Below are positions 25,063 to 38,800 of a stretch of 64,000 bases of DNA, in pieces. Source of the DNA: Octopus sinensis. Its lineage: Eukaryota. Each line of letters starts with the position of its first letter. Positions within the stretch are counted from its first letter, which is position 1. The notes beneath the pieces are model-generated. The model ran no database searches. It saw nothing but the letters and a program-made list of their open reading frames with translations, and had not been told where the DNA came from. Made by a program: the position numbers and the translations under genes. The stretch spans positions 62,001-126,000 of the forward strand of contig NC_043020.1 in the NCBI RefSeq assembly GCF_006345805.1, written 5' to 3'.

Positions 25063-26295
25063 ATATATATATGTATATATATATATATAAACTTTTAAAA
25101 AGAGCTTTTTCCAAAATTTAATTGTTTTCCATACTTACAGTTGAAAAAGTCTCAATCACTGAAACTGGTACTGAAATGTTTTTTAGAAAATTATTTTAGC
25201 ATTTACTACCTTGACTTGTTTTTCCATATATATATATCAACTTGTGTGTTCCTTTTCAACCTTCTACATATATGCACATTTAAGTTTCATTCAGTTTCCA
25301 TCTACCAAATACAATTATAAGGATTTGGTTGACCTGGGCTATAGTAGAAGACATTTACCCAAGGTGCAACACAATAGGACTGAACCCAAAACCATATGGT
25401 TGGGAAGCAAGCTTTTCACACCTGTCTCAATTTAACAAAAAAAAAAAAAATGAAATATTCAAGAAATATTTTTAGGAAGAAATTTATTTTATTCTTTGAC
25501 TAGTTTCAGTAACTGGAGACTGCAGACAAATTGGGGCACCACCATCTAGCGACTGCAACTTAAATTCATTATTCTCAAAAGGATGAATTATTCTCAAAGT
25601 GAAACTGGATAAGATTTGAACTCGGAACATAGAAGGATATAATGAAATACCACAGAGTATTTTGTCTTATGCTGTACAGATATCTATCATCCACCAACTA
25701 TTGGTCATCTTTAATTTATATCATTGTCATTGTGATTGAAGAAAACAAGCATTAGCTGCTGTGCTATCAACTTCAAATTATATAGTATGAACCAATTCTT
25801 ACAGCATACTTAAATGTTCCTTGTCATGGCTATTTTTGGTAATTATTATCATTAGGAATAATAAATTGTAATCAGTATTTAAATGTTTTATTCATGATAC
25901 TGTTAATTAATTTAAATTGCAGTCCATATGCAAAGAATTGTAAATGAAGCATATTCTTTTTCTGTGACAGGATAGCAACAACAATAATTTTTTCCTCTGA
26001 GCCAGCATAATAAAGAGAAAAGTCTAACTGCTGGTTTGGTGAGATGAGAAACTTGTTAGTGCTAAGCTGGACTTTTTCTTTTTCTTTTTTTTTTTTCCAT
26101 CGTTCTTTAGGAAAAATATATTAAGTTTGAAGGAAGTATTTAGCTCAGGTTTTAAAATATTAGATTAGATGTGATATAGCAAGCAAGCAGACGACTAACA
26201 ATGAAAATTGTTAAGAATCTAGCTCTTTGATGGATTGTGTTATATGAGGTGGTGCACCTGATTGTCATCATCATCATCATCCTTTTTCCCATGGT

Positions 26296-26710
26296 GGCAA
26301 GCTGGCAGAAACGTTCGTACACCGGGCAAAATGCTTAGTGGTATTTCATCTCTCTTTACGTTCTAGGTTCAAATTCCGCCATGGTCGACTTTGCCTTTCA
26401 TCCTTTCGGGGTCGATTAAATAAGTACCAGTTACGCACTGGGGTCGATGTAATCGACTTAATACCTATGTCTGTCCTTGCTTGTCCCCTCTATGTTTAGC
26501 CCCTTGTGGGTAATAAAGAAATAGGTATTTCGTCTATCTTTACATCCTGAGTTCAAATTCCACTGAGGTCGACTTTGCCTTTCATCCTTTCGGGGTCGAT
26601 TAAATAAGTACCAGTTATGCACTGGGGTCGATATAATCGACTTAGTCCATTTGTCCTTGTTTGTCCTCTCTGTGTTTAGCCCCTTGTGGGTAGTAAAGAA
26701 ATAGAAATAG
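26296..26710 (+). mobile_element. Family B SINE as head plus two tandem ~184-bp units
   Basis: gtatttc-unit starts at 26341 and 26525. Confidence 0.8.
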
Positions 26711-27060
26711 GTATGGGTTAGACAGTTCAAGAACCAATGAGCCAGAGGGCTGTGCTGAGCTCCAGTGTCTGCTTAAAAAAAAATGGTAGTAACATCTGTT
26801 GAAGTCTTATCTAGTTCCAGTGAGTTGACTTACCATTATGGCAGCAACTTGGCAGAATCATTAGCATGTTGGACAAAATGCTTATCAGCATTTCTTCCAG
26901 CTCTTTATGTTCTGAATTCAAGGTTGACTTTACTTTCATCCTTTCAGAGTCAATAAAAAAATAAAGAAAGTACCAGTCAAGTACCAGCTGTTAGTAAAAT
27001 TGACTAGTCCCCTGCTCACAAAACTTGATGACCTTGAGCCAAAATTAGATTTATTATTAA

Positions 27061-27280
27061 CCCTTTTGTTACGAACCTGGCTGAAACTGGCTCTGGCTCT
27101 GAGTACAAATGTCCTGTTTTCATCAGTTTTGAATTAAAATCTTCCACCAAACCTTAGTCACAATTTATGTTCCTAACACTGGCTGAATGATAACTAAGTT
27201 ATTTTACTAAATTCTTTGTTATATTTAAAGTAATAGAAAGAAACAGAGAGCATCTCAAAATAAATGCAGTAACGAAAGGG
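27061..27280. mobile_element. piggyBac-type MITE
   Basis: TTAA TSDs (27057-27060, 27281-27284); TIRs cccttttgttac / gtaacgaaaggg (12 bp, 1 mismatch). Confidence 0.8.
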
Positions 27281-28058
27281 TTAAGGTGGTGAGCTGGCAG
27301 AATTATTTTCGCATTGGACAAAATGCAAAGCAGTATTTCTTGTGGCTCTTTAGATTTCCAAGTTCATACACTCCCAAGGTCAGCTTTGCCTTTCATCCTT
27401 TCAGGCCTGATAAAATAAAATTGGGGGTATTGTATTTCAATAGAAATATGGTAAAAAATGGTTAGGGGTGGTGTAAAGGACATCACTGGATACAGGATTT
27501 ACTTTCACTCTGCTGTATTACAAGTTCAAATTCTAATGAAGTTGAGATTTCATTTCATCCCTCTCTAATTGATAAAGTAAAAACCAATTTTTATATTGTA
27601 AGTTTATTCAATTCAATGCACTCCCCTTACAGACTTGTAAGCATGTGTCAAGTTTAGAAGCCATTACTGTTTGGCAAAGTTGATTCTGACAGACTATGAA
27701 ACCTGAACGCTTACCGCTTACCGGCATCATGTTCAGTGGTGTCCACTTTCTCTTGAGATAAAATCTTTGAGCAACTTTTGACTCTGATGCCAAGTCAGTT
27801 GTCTATCTCCTCGAGATCACTTACAAAAATATCCTTATCTTATTAACATATAACCACCACTCATTAATCATTATCATCACCATCATGTTACATTTTCACA
27901 AAAGAATATTAAGGACATTAGCGCCTCAATGAATTGATAACATTGGAGAATTTGCTTAATTTACTCCGCGTGGTTACTGGTAATAAACTGGAATAACACT
28001 TCTAAATGGGTGCTTAGTAGTTTACAAATCATGTAAGATTTCACGTGAATATATATAC

Positions 28059-28093
<35 letters not shown>

Positions 28094-29014
28094 TATACAT
28101 ACACATTCTCTCTCTCTCACTTCCTCTCTTTCCATTTATCTATCTATCTGCTTCTCTTTCTCCCCTTGTTATACTGAATAATTGGAAACATTTTCAGTTT
28201 ACGCTCTGTTTGATTCTTTAAAAGTATTGTTTCATTATTATTTTCCACTTGTCCAAACTTCAGCTGGTGAACGCATTGGTGTGGTAACAAGTTCACAGTG
28301 ATCTGTCTTTGCAACCTGGTTTCCAATTTCATTCTTAACACTTCATTATTTATCATTACTAATGACAAGACAACGCGGGGACACATGATTGTCTCAGCAT
28401 CACATTTTTCTCACTCTTGAGAAAATAAAAAAAAAAGGACAGGCTCTATACTCTGTAAAAGTAATTTTTGTTTCGGTTATTATTATTTATTGGATGCTTT
28501 TCATTATTGTCATTATTTATTGCATGGTTAGATTGTTAACGATCTTGGGGTGTCTGTTTTAAGGTTTAAGAGAAATTATTGATGATTGTAAACTTGTTCC
28601 TGTAAACTTCTGCAAGAAAGCATCTTGTATTTTAATGGCTTAGTCACATGAGAAAGAGAAGAATAGTCACATGCCTACTTTTCCTTTCCACATGTGACCA
28701 AGCATTTAAAATACAGTATTCTAAGACAGGTAGAAAAGAATAGAGAGAAGTTTGTCTTTAGACTAGAGACCTGGCCTGAATCCATCCAATAGAGTGGACT
28801 CTATCTATTAAAGCTATCGAAAGGTCAGTGGTAGTGTTAAACTGGGTGTGATAAATCATACTGCTCTAGAACAGGAACAGTTCTGATGGCAGGCTTCCAC
28901 ACAGTTTCCATTTACCGACTCGTAACTATGCTTGCACATGTGTTGTGCATTTAAATTAGAAGTTAGCTGAAACAGAAATGTGCATCTATCAAGTTGCTTC
29001 TGGAGAAATATTCC

Positions 29015-29425
29015 AGTGGCTGTGTGGTAAGTAGCTTGCTAACCAATCACATGGTTCCGGGTTCAGTCCCACTGCGTGGCATCTTGGGCAAGTGTCTTCT
29101 GCTATAGCCCCAGGCCGACCAATGCCTTGTGAGTGGATTTGGTAGACGGAAACTGAAAGAAGACTGTCGTATATATGTATATATATATATAAGTGTGTGT
29201 GTATATGTTTGTGTATCTGTGTTTGTCCTCCTAGCATTGCTTGACAACCGATGCTGGTGTGTTTGCGTCCCCGTCACTTAGCGGTCCGGCAAAAGAGACC
29301 GATAGAATAAGTACTGGGCTTACAAAGAATAAGTCCCGGGGTCGATTTGCTCGACTAAAGGCGGTGCTCCAGCATGGCCGCAGTCAAATGACTGAAACAA
29401 GTAAAAGAGTAAAAGAGTAAAGAGA
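29015..29425 (+). mobile_element. Young family A SINE
   Basis: High similarity to other full copies; (gagtaaaa)n tail. Confidence 0.85.
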
Positions 29426-29865
29426 GTATATGAAGGAAATGAAAGCAAGAGGGTTGAAGACTGTCATGGGGCCCAAAAGGTTAACTCACTGGTTCAGCAG
29501 GGAAAATGGTCTTAAAATAATTGTTATATTGTTGGGAGGAAGGAATTGGTAGTGATGCTGCCAGGCAAATGACAAGATATATGATTCAAGTTCTATGAAT
29601 AAGTTACCTGAAAATTACTCATTTTGATTGCAAATTGGGGTTAATAGTATTTGATATTGATTTCTATTAAAAGCTTAGTCAATTACTTTGTAATTTGTTC
29701 ATATACAAACAACAGAGTACATTAGTACATTCAGTAGAGTTTATCCACTTATTGTCAAAATTGAGGCTCCTTCCTGTTGCTACACTGAGTTACTGATAAA
29801 TTGAAGTCTTGACTTCTAATAAATTAACTTCTCTTCCACAAACACAAGCAAAGCTGTGTGCTTAA

Positions 29866-30088
29866 CCCTTTAGCATTCAGATTATTCTGTTAAATGTAAG
29901 GCTTATTTATTCACATTTCTCTGAATTAATCAGGTATGATTTCATAGATTTGGAATTACGATGATATGATTGTTTATTTTTAGAATGACATTGTAGGGCA
30001 GGTGTGATAGGTTGGATCTATCCAGCTTGAACATAAAACAGAAACAATATTTTGGCCGGATACAGCCGGTTTAAACTCAAAATAGTTA
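29866..30088. mobile_element. Second piggyBac-type MITE family, decayed right end
   Basis: ttaa-ccctttagcattc left end; matching ends also at about 4170, 36120 and 39400 (gaatgccaaaggg-ttaa). Confidence 0.5.
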
Positions 30089-30500
30089 AGAAGTTTGCTA
30101 CCCAACCACTTGGTTTTAACTTAGGTTGCAATGTATGACACCTCAGGCAAGTATCTTCTATAGCCTTAGGTTGATCAAAGCCTTGAGACTAGATTTGGTA
30201 GATGGGATTTGAAGCTCATCGTATGTGTGTGTGTGTATTTGTTGTGTATGTGTTTCTACGACTGCCTCAACCTATGAGTAGTGTTGTCACTTCTTCTATC
30301 AACAAAACATCTACTCACCTGATGCCTTCAAAGCCACATGGAATAAATTTCTTACCTGAAAAGGAGGTAAAGGTTAGCAACAGGAAAGGCACCTGGCTGT
30401 AAAAAAATTGCCTCAATAGCGCATTCATTTTACCCATGCAAGTATAGAAAACACACATAAAACTAAATATATGCGTGTGGTTCTTTATGCAAGTGTCTTC

Positions 30501-30810
30501 CATCATCATCATCATCGTTTAACGTCCGTTCTCCATGCTAGCATGGGTTGGACGGTTCGACCGGGGATCTGGGAAGCCAAAAGGCTGCACCAGGCAATGT
30601 CTTATCTGGCAATGTTTCTACAGCTGGATGCCCTTCCTAACGCCAACCACTCCGTGAGTGTAGTGGGTGCTTTTTACATGCCACCCGCACAGGTGCCAGG
30701 CGAGGCTGGCAACGGCCACGGTTGGATTGGTGCATTTTACGTGCCACCGGCACGGAAGCCAGTCGAGGCGGCACTGGCCTCGGCCACGATTCGGATGGTG
30801 CTTTTTACGT
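30501..30810 (-). mobile_element. RTE-type 3' end (family C)
   Basis: (cat)n-cgtttaacgtcc...ggatgcccttcctaacgccaacc on plus strand. Confidence 0.75.
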
Positions 30811-31099
30811 AAGCCTTATGAATGAAATTAGGAAGGCAGAAAACTATGCAGAATCCTATGAAATGGACTATTTGTGATTTAGTTTCAAGCTTTGTCATGT
30901 TGACTATCCTTGAGAAATTACATGGAAAATACATGTTTGTGGAATATTCAGCCACTTAGCAGATATGATTCATTAAGTTGGCACTTTCATTGATCAAACA
31001 GCTGGAACACTTCTTTGTCAAAATCGATGAGAGATCAATTATATTTGATACATTGTTTGGCAGAGAAGAGATGAATTGTTGCTTTTGTTGTTTGATCCA

Positions 31100-31260
31100 A
31101 AGTCAGTCCTTTGACGAAAAATATTCCAGTCATAACCCGCTTGACTTTTTCCTATGTGAAGGGAACCCAGGACCACTTTATCGAAACCATGTCCTTTTCT
31201 ATGATAGTTATGTGTGATTTGAGGAAGATTTAGCTGCTGCTTGTAGCAGGTCAGGCAAAA
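31100..31260 (+). pseudogene. Possible Tc1/mariner (maT-like) transposase C-terminal relic
   Basis: SHNPLDFFLC...LYRNH...LAAACSR resembles SPDLNPLDFFLWG..VY..; no TIRs identified. Confidence 0.3.
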
Positions 31261-31807
31261 GCACAAATGGGTTTTCAATTTGGGTTGTGAATACTCAGTC
31301 TGATATCTTTGGTAACATGTTTACTTTGTAAACAAAGGATATATAGATCAATAATGGTAGCCTGCTTCTGTTTGCAAATGCATAACATTTAGAATCACTT
31401 ATATTTAATACTTCACTGTTAATTTACATACACACACACACGTGTCACATGCTGTCACCTGTGTCACACACAGCTGTCACTTGCAAGTGAGTAATGCATG
31501 GTGACATGTACTATACATTTGCTAATTGCTTTAGGTGCCTATGTAATCATGAGCACACATGGATGTCTCATCCCACCTCCTTTACTCAACACAGCAGAAC
31601 ATTTAGGATGTTACAAAGTAGAGGCACTACACTAGTACTTAGCACAAGTACTAGTATTCATTTTGATTGAGTAGACTAGCAACATGAAATGAAGTACCTC
31701 AAGGACATGGACATGTTATCTGATTCAGGAACTGAACCCATTAACTTTTGATCATTGGCCAAATATCCTAATCACTTGACCTCATGCTTTCACCATATAT
31801 ATATATA

Positions 31808-31992
31808 TGATAGATCGTTAGCCACTACACACATTTTTTTTCTCTCCTTGTTTTTCCTGTGTCCCTTTCTGTAGAAGAGCGTAGGCTCGAAACGTAAAAG
31901 ACTTTTTCTATTCCTGAGCGTTATACTAATACATCTGTTTGTTTTGTACACCACCTGTCTTTGTCTTTTGTTTTTTTCGTAAACTCTCCCTA
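31808..31992 (+). mobile_element. Short Penelope-LTR-like repeat, family F, in (TA)n
   Basis: Homologous copies at 35239-35450 (-), 40238-40436 (+), fragment 44940-45000 (-). Confidence 0.65.
31865..31900 (+). ncRNA. Minimal type I hammerhead-like motif, variant core CUGUAGA
   Basis: cttt-CTGTAGA-a-gagc-gtag-gctc-GAAAC-GTA-aaag. Confidence 0.55.
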
Positions 31993-32235
31993 TATATATA
32001 TATATGTATATATAGATATCCCATCACTATGTTGTAAATGGATTTGTGAGCTTCTACTTTCTCTAGCTCTTGGCAGAATTCTTCCGTATGGAAGGTTTTC
32101 ATGATGATAAGATGATTCAGTCAAGCAATTGAGTCAAGATGGGAAAGAATGGTGCAATCAAGACAGAACTGGAAGTGCATTATGACCAGTGGTCATCAAC
32201 AGCATTTGATGGTCTGGCCAATACTGTGATACTGT

Positions 32236-32295
<60 letters not shown>

Positions 32296-32645
32296 CATCA
32301 TCATCATTGTTTAACGTCCATTTTTCATGCTAGCACGGGTTGGATGGTTCAACCAAGGTCTGGGAAGCCAGGAGGCTACACCAGGCTCCAGTCTGATCTG
32401 GCAGTGTTTCTAGAGCTGGATGCCCTTCCTAATGCCAACCACTCCGTGAGTGTAGTGGGTGCTTTTTACGTGCCACCGGCACGGAAGCCAGTCAAGGTAG
32501 CGCTGGCACCAGCCATGTACGGATGATGCTTTTTACATGCCACCGGCACAGGTGCCAGGGGAGGCTGGCAACGGCCACTACCTGGTCGGCTCCTGTCAAC
32601 CATCCTGCCCTTGCATGCATGGAAGACAGACGTTAAATGATGATG

Positions 32646-32680
<35 letters not shown>

Positions 32681-35184
32681 AGTTTGTTAAAATATGTTTG
32701 TGACATATTTCAACTACTAAAAAGCAAATTCACTGCAGTTACCATTGAGTGTACATATATATATATATATTTGTGGCTTTATAAGAAGTTTCACTTGATT
32801 TGTATATAAATGTTGTTGTTTAGGGCCAACAGAACATTGACCCTTTAGCCCTATGTTAAGTAGTATTCTATTCTGTGTTTTGGGGAGTATCTGGAACATC
32901 TGATTGAGTTCTTTCCTGACTTAAGATAGCAGAGTGTAATTTGACTGCGATATGACTGTTATTTCTAGCAGGTTTAGCGATCCTAGAGTTCCTTCTCATT
33001 GTCTCACTTTTTTCCCCACCTTTCTTCTCTGGCTCTGATGAAGCAAGCCGAAATACATTTAACTGTTTAGTCCATTATGTATTCATATATATATTTACAC
33101 ACTGTGTACATGTCTGTGCGTCTGGATGCACACACCACCACGCAAGCACACACACACACACACACACACAGAGTGTGATCTTTCTCCAAATAATTATTAT
33201 TAAAGTATTATTGTTCACCTTGTGATCTTCAAGTTTTTATGTTTTTTTCTATTTGTAACCAAAAGCCAGCTTCAATGCAGAAATGAAAATTACTCAAGAG
33301 TGACTTGATTAATAGTAAGGCCATACTTTACAAGTTCACTTGCCCCCCACCCCTCTCTCTCTCTCTCTCCCCCACAACTATATTAAATAGGTGGTGTTGC
33401 TGTTATTGTTGTAGTACTGTAAATATAGAACCGAAAAGAGGGGGGGGAAAGGGTTGCAATGCGTAAATAATGAGAAAGAAACAAGTGATATATTTCTACA
33501 GCAAAGAATTGCAATTCTTCATCACCATCATCAGCAGCAGCAGCATCATAATTTCTTTTGCTGTATTTACTAATCTAATTCATATAAAATTCTGTGTTAC
33601 CGCTGTTTAGCCCCAGGCTGCTTCTGATCCAGGACACTTATGATCAAATGCATTGCTTTCATGACTGTTGTGTGTTTTTCTGTTTTGTTTAATTTTCTTG
33701 AGTATAATACATCCAGGACTTCATTATTCACTGTATCCTTCTTTTTAAAGTAGTCAGGTGTGATCTGAGGAAGATTTTGCTGTTGTTTTTAACCAGGCAA
33801 GCAACCGCGTATAAGGGCTCCTTTATTGGTCTTTAAAGTTATAAGTTTATATCCCCTACATAGCCTGTCATCTGTATTGGTCACATTTATAGTATGACCC
33901 GCCCTGGTTATAAAATAGGCATACTGCATCCCTGCATGTTGTAAGAAAGGACTAAAAGAGTTGGCAACTGAAAGGGCATCTGGCCATAAAAAAAACCCAA
34001 GCTCAGAAAACCTGTCTTACCCATGCAAGAAAGGTAAAATATATATATGGTACACTGATGGTGATGATAGTTCAATTTTAATCATCAAGATTTCTGTCAT
34101 TTTACTTGTTTTAGTCATTGGATTGCAGCCATGGTTTTTAAATGAAGAAATCGGTGCCAGTACTTATTTTTGTAAAAGTCTGTTATTCTGTTGGTCACTA
34201 TTGCTGAACTGCTAAGTTATAAGAATATAAACAAACCACTACTAGTTTTGAAGGAACAGTGGTGAAAACAGACAGACACATACACATGCATACATATATG
34301 ATGGGCTTCAACACAGTTTCCATCTACAATACGTTGCACTTAGGGCAGGTGTCTTCCGCTATAGCCCCGAGTCGACCGAAGCTTTGTGATTGAATTCGGT
34401 AGGTGATTGAATGCCGTGTGTGTATGTGTGCGTATAGCCGCTCAGTGCCTCTCCGAAAGAGAGAGAGGGAATATTCGATCACAAGGCACATTTGTTGGCC
34501 TGGGACTATCCTAGAAGACACTTGTCCAAGCTGCCACAACAAGACTGAATACGAACCCGTGTGGTTGCAGAGCAAGCTTCTTAAACACATGCCAGACCAA
34601 AAGCTATTTTGGATATGGGAATTTGTGACTGTCATGCTTCTTTCACAATTAAGAACATATGCCAAATAATTTCTACATAGGAACCAAAATGAAGTCTCAC
34701 CTACTGCAATTTATTTTATAGAGATTTATATGAATGTTGGCACACATACCAGACAGCCGGTCTGCTTTGCAAAAATTTTGGCATGCTTTTCATAAGTTTT
34801 GGTGCTGAAACAGATATACATCAAATTTACTTGATATATCAAATTTTCTGCGCATACAAGTGCAAATCAAACACTCATTTTTCCTGATTAATAAAATAGC
34901 ACATGAAAGAACTTTATTAAGAATAATTTGTTACTTCTTCTCGTGAAAAGTGTAATTTATTAACTCTAATGAAATAAATAAAAAAAAAAATTTAATCAAT
35001 CCATTTATGCAAAAACATGCTGTTTTCTCACCACATATCAGAGAAAGGGGACTGAATTACTAATCAGTTCTGCTCTTGTTCGAAATGGTTTCTAAATTTG
35101 TAATTCAACTCAATGTTTCTAATTGTTCCTGCCCTACCTGGCAACAACTTTTCTTTTCTGCCTGTCCATCAGTCTCTCTCTCTC

Positions 35185-35258
<74 letters not shown>

Positions 35259-35332
35259 ACGGGAAGGTTTACAAAAATAAACAAAAGACGAAGGCAGGTG
35301 GAGTACAAACAAACAAATGTATTAGTATGGCG

Positions 35333-35368
35333 CTTTTACGTTTCGAGCCTATGCTCTTCGACAGAAAG
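35333..35368 (-). ncRNA. Family F hammerhead-like motif, core CUGUCGA
   Basis: Minus: cttt-CTGTCGA-a-gagc-atag-gctc-GAAAC-GTA-aaag. Confidence 0.55.
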
Positions 35369-35448
35369 ATACACAGAAAAGAAACAAAGAGAGAAACAAC
35401 GAGAGAAAAAAAATGCGTGTAGGAGCTAATGGTCCATCATAGCGTTCA

Positions 35449-35507
<59 letters not shown>

Positions 35508-36593
35508 CTTGGAAATGGATGCATCGCATTCAATTAAATAATATATGTATATACACACACACACACACACACATACACACACACACATATATATATATAT
35601 ACACACACACACATATATATATATATACACACATACACACACATATATATATATATAGAGAGAGAGAGGGGGGAGACAGGCGACAACTGATGAATGGTCC
35701 TTTCTCTGTGTTAACTTGTCCTATTTTCCATTTTTTTCTTATTCATGTATTTCATTCACTTTTTCCTTGTTTATTTATGTATTTTATGTTATTTGCACCG
35801 TTGGTGATGTCCTGTACCCATATATGCATGTGTGGATGTATAAACTCTTTACTCTCATATATATATATGTGCATGTGTGTGTGTGTTTATACCCTGGCCA
35901 TCGTTTGACAGCCGATGTTGGTGCGTTTATGTTCCCATAACTTAGTAGTTTGGCAAAAGAGACAGATTGAATAAGTACTAGGCTTACAAAGAATAAGTCC
36001 TGGGGTTGATTTCTTTGACTAAAACCTTTTAAGGTGGTGCTCCAGCATGGCCGCAGTCAAATGACTGAAACAAGTAAAAGAATAAATGAATATAAGCATT
36101 ACATATGACAGAATAATCTGAATGCTAAACTGTTAAAACTAAAGGATTTGCTCACAGCATCAAGGTTTCCCAAGTGGTCACTCATCTAAGTACTTACTAA
36201 CTAGGCTTGGCATTGCTTAACTTTGATGATTGGAGGAGAACTGGTGTCTTCAATGTAATGTAATTTTCCAATTTACTATGTCTTGAGGAAAGGTCAATGC
36301 GTTGTACCCTGTGTCTTTGAAGGACATCCAAGACCAGTGAAATCGGTGACATTAATTTTGCACCTAAATATTTGTGAGGTCACCGCCTGCAGGGAAGAAT
36401 TTTCAGTGTGTTTAATGTTCTGTGGAAGAACTGGGTATAGTGATTAATTAATACTGAGCCTGAGTTTTGTTGGGGGCGAACACATCGTGGGTGATAAGAG
36501 ATGGGAAGACAAATAGGTTGGAAATGCTTGAGTGGAAGTGGTATGAGACCAACCAGTTCCAGCAAGCAAAGGTAATTCATGGTGGTGGTGGTG

Positions 36594-36625
<32 letters not shown>

Positions 36626-37121
36626 TGTAGAAGAAGAAGACGAAGAAGAGGCAGAGTGGAGACAGCATGCCTATGGGCCAATGAGTGTGTCTGGAAGTGA
36701 TTTTAAATAAATTAGTCAAATGACCTTTCTTAGGATGTGGATAATTTTTCAACCCAGCAAAGAATTGTTTGAGGTCATCTTGAGTAAATAGGAAAAAAGC
36801 AACAGGTATCATTGTTTTGAGGGCTACAGAGTTAACAACATTTCCTCTATTGTGTGAATTCAAATCATACTGAGGTCAACTTTGCCTTTCATCTTCTCCG
36901 GGTCAATGAAATAAAGTACCACTCAAGTATAGGGGTCAGCATAATTGACTTGGCCTTCTCACATTGCTGGCCTTGTACCTAACTCAGAAAGAAATATCAT
37001 TATCTTTCTAGCAGTCTCTTTCTCATTGCTTCTTATGGTGTATTTTTTACTTATATATTATTCTTTTCAAAAGTTCTCCGTTAGTGGAAATACTTTTCTT
37101 GTTTCATTATATTTCCTATGG

Positions 37122-37350
37122 CAAGCTGGCAGAATCGTTAGCACGCCGGGTGAAATGTGTAGCCGTATTTCGTCTGCCATTACGTTCTGAGTTTAAATTT
37201 CGCCGAGGTCAACTTTGCCTTTCATCCTTTAGGGGTCGATTAAATAAGTACCAGTTGCGCACTGGGGTCGATGTAACCGACTTAATCCGTTTGTCTGTCC
37301 TTGTTTGTCCCCTCTGTGTTTAGCCCCTTGTGGGTAATAAAGAAATATAT
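37122..37350 (+). mobile_element. SINE family B
   Basis: ggcaagctggcagaatcgttagcacgccggg head plus B core. Confidence 0.8.
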
Positions 37351-38800
37351 ATTTCCTATTTCTACTTTGTCTTTTTTTTGATTAACCATTGTAATTTGAG
37401 CTTAATGATAATAATGAAGGTGCTCATCTTCAAGGCTGAGAATCAGAGGTTTCATGCTGCAACCCTTCACTCCGCTAGTGTTATAGATAAAGCAATGACA
37501 TCACCAATCTATGACGACATTACTCCATCTATACCTTTGCTACTCCACAAACCCATTTTCCATCCACCCAGCCTACTGAGGTTATGAGGTACTAACTGGA
37601 AATGCTTTACTCATCTTAACTACCTCTATTCAGTTGAATTTTCTGTTAGTACATCACTCAACTCATAATACATTAAACCATTCATTTATTTTACCATTCC
37701 TTTCTCTCACTACATTTGCATGCATGTGTGTGCAAGTGCTATATGGAGATAGGCATACAAATGTGTACGTACTTGCCTATCTACATCTAAATAAAGTACC
37801 AGTTATGCACTGGGGTCGATGTAATCGACTTCATCCGTTTGTCTGTCCTTATTTGTCCCCTCTGTGTTTAGTCCCTTGTGGGTAGTAAACAGCAGCCCTT
37901 TTAGGCACCTGATTTTATAATTGTTATGCTGTTGGAGTTTTCGCAATTTTCCCTTCAAGCTACTTCAAAATTTTAATTTTCAGCATGGTGTGTGTGCGTG
38001 TGTATAAATATTGTCCCATAATGTGGTTGTTGCAACACTTTACTTTTAAAAGTAGAATTTTCTGTTTCATCTTATGCGGTCGTTCCCTTCTTCCTCATCA
38101 TCTATAAAGAAGAGAAAAAAAAGAAGAAAAAAAGCAAGCAATTGGAATAGCTGTCGATATCAGTTTCACTTTAACTAAATGAAAGAAGTTATCCCGAAGC
38201 ACAATGTTAGATCTTATGTCACAGTGAACTGGACACAATGGCAGCAATAATACTAACATTCATTTTTCATTGATTCAGTTGTCATTTTAACCCCAGGTTA
38301 GCCATGATCATCAGAAAGGTTTCAGCTGGGGGTAACTTTACCATAATCTTTATTTATTTATTTTCTTTTTTGGTTCTGATACATTTTACATAGACTACAT
38401 TATTTAACATATTTCTTCTTTTTGAAGATAGTGGGACTTGGCTGCTATTTCTGGCAGAATGTATTCTAATTCCTGTCTGTAGATACACTGTCTTCTCATT
38501 CTGCTGCTTTCACTGCTATTACAGTACCCTATGCTCATTGAAAGTGGCTGATCATGTACAATCTTCAATAAAGCTCACCTGGTTCACTTATCTCTTTACA
38601 TTACCTGTATTGTGTCTTAGCCCTCAGACTCCACACTAATGCTTTTCTCTCCCCTTTCTCCCTGGAGCATATTCTCTCTGAAATTTCCTCCATGTTCATG
38701 TTGGGATGAAATGATTTGGCACAGTTGACTGGACATTGTCTATTTTGGTGACAGTACTTTGTGGCAGTGAAGGTAAACATGCATGCATATAAACATACAG

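Noticed and set aside
33504-33519. Perfect 16-bp palindrome aagaattgcaattctt
   Set aside because: About one such palindrome is expected by chance in 64 kb of AT-rich DNA
36260-36860. Possible Penelope RT-thumb/linker relic on the minus strand
   Set aside because: Motif matches (YHP, PC.R) are too short; reported only as an unclassified repeat
38601-38745. Minus-strand peptide ...ERKALVWSLRAKTQYR with a GTAATG donor, faintly like the PI3K helical domain
   Set aside because: Poor acceptor, too little similarity, no supporting neighbouring exons
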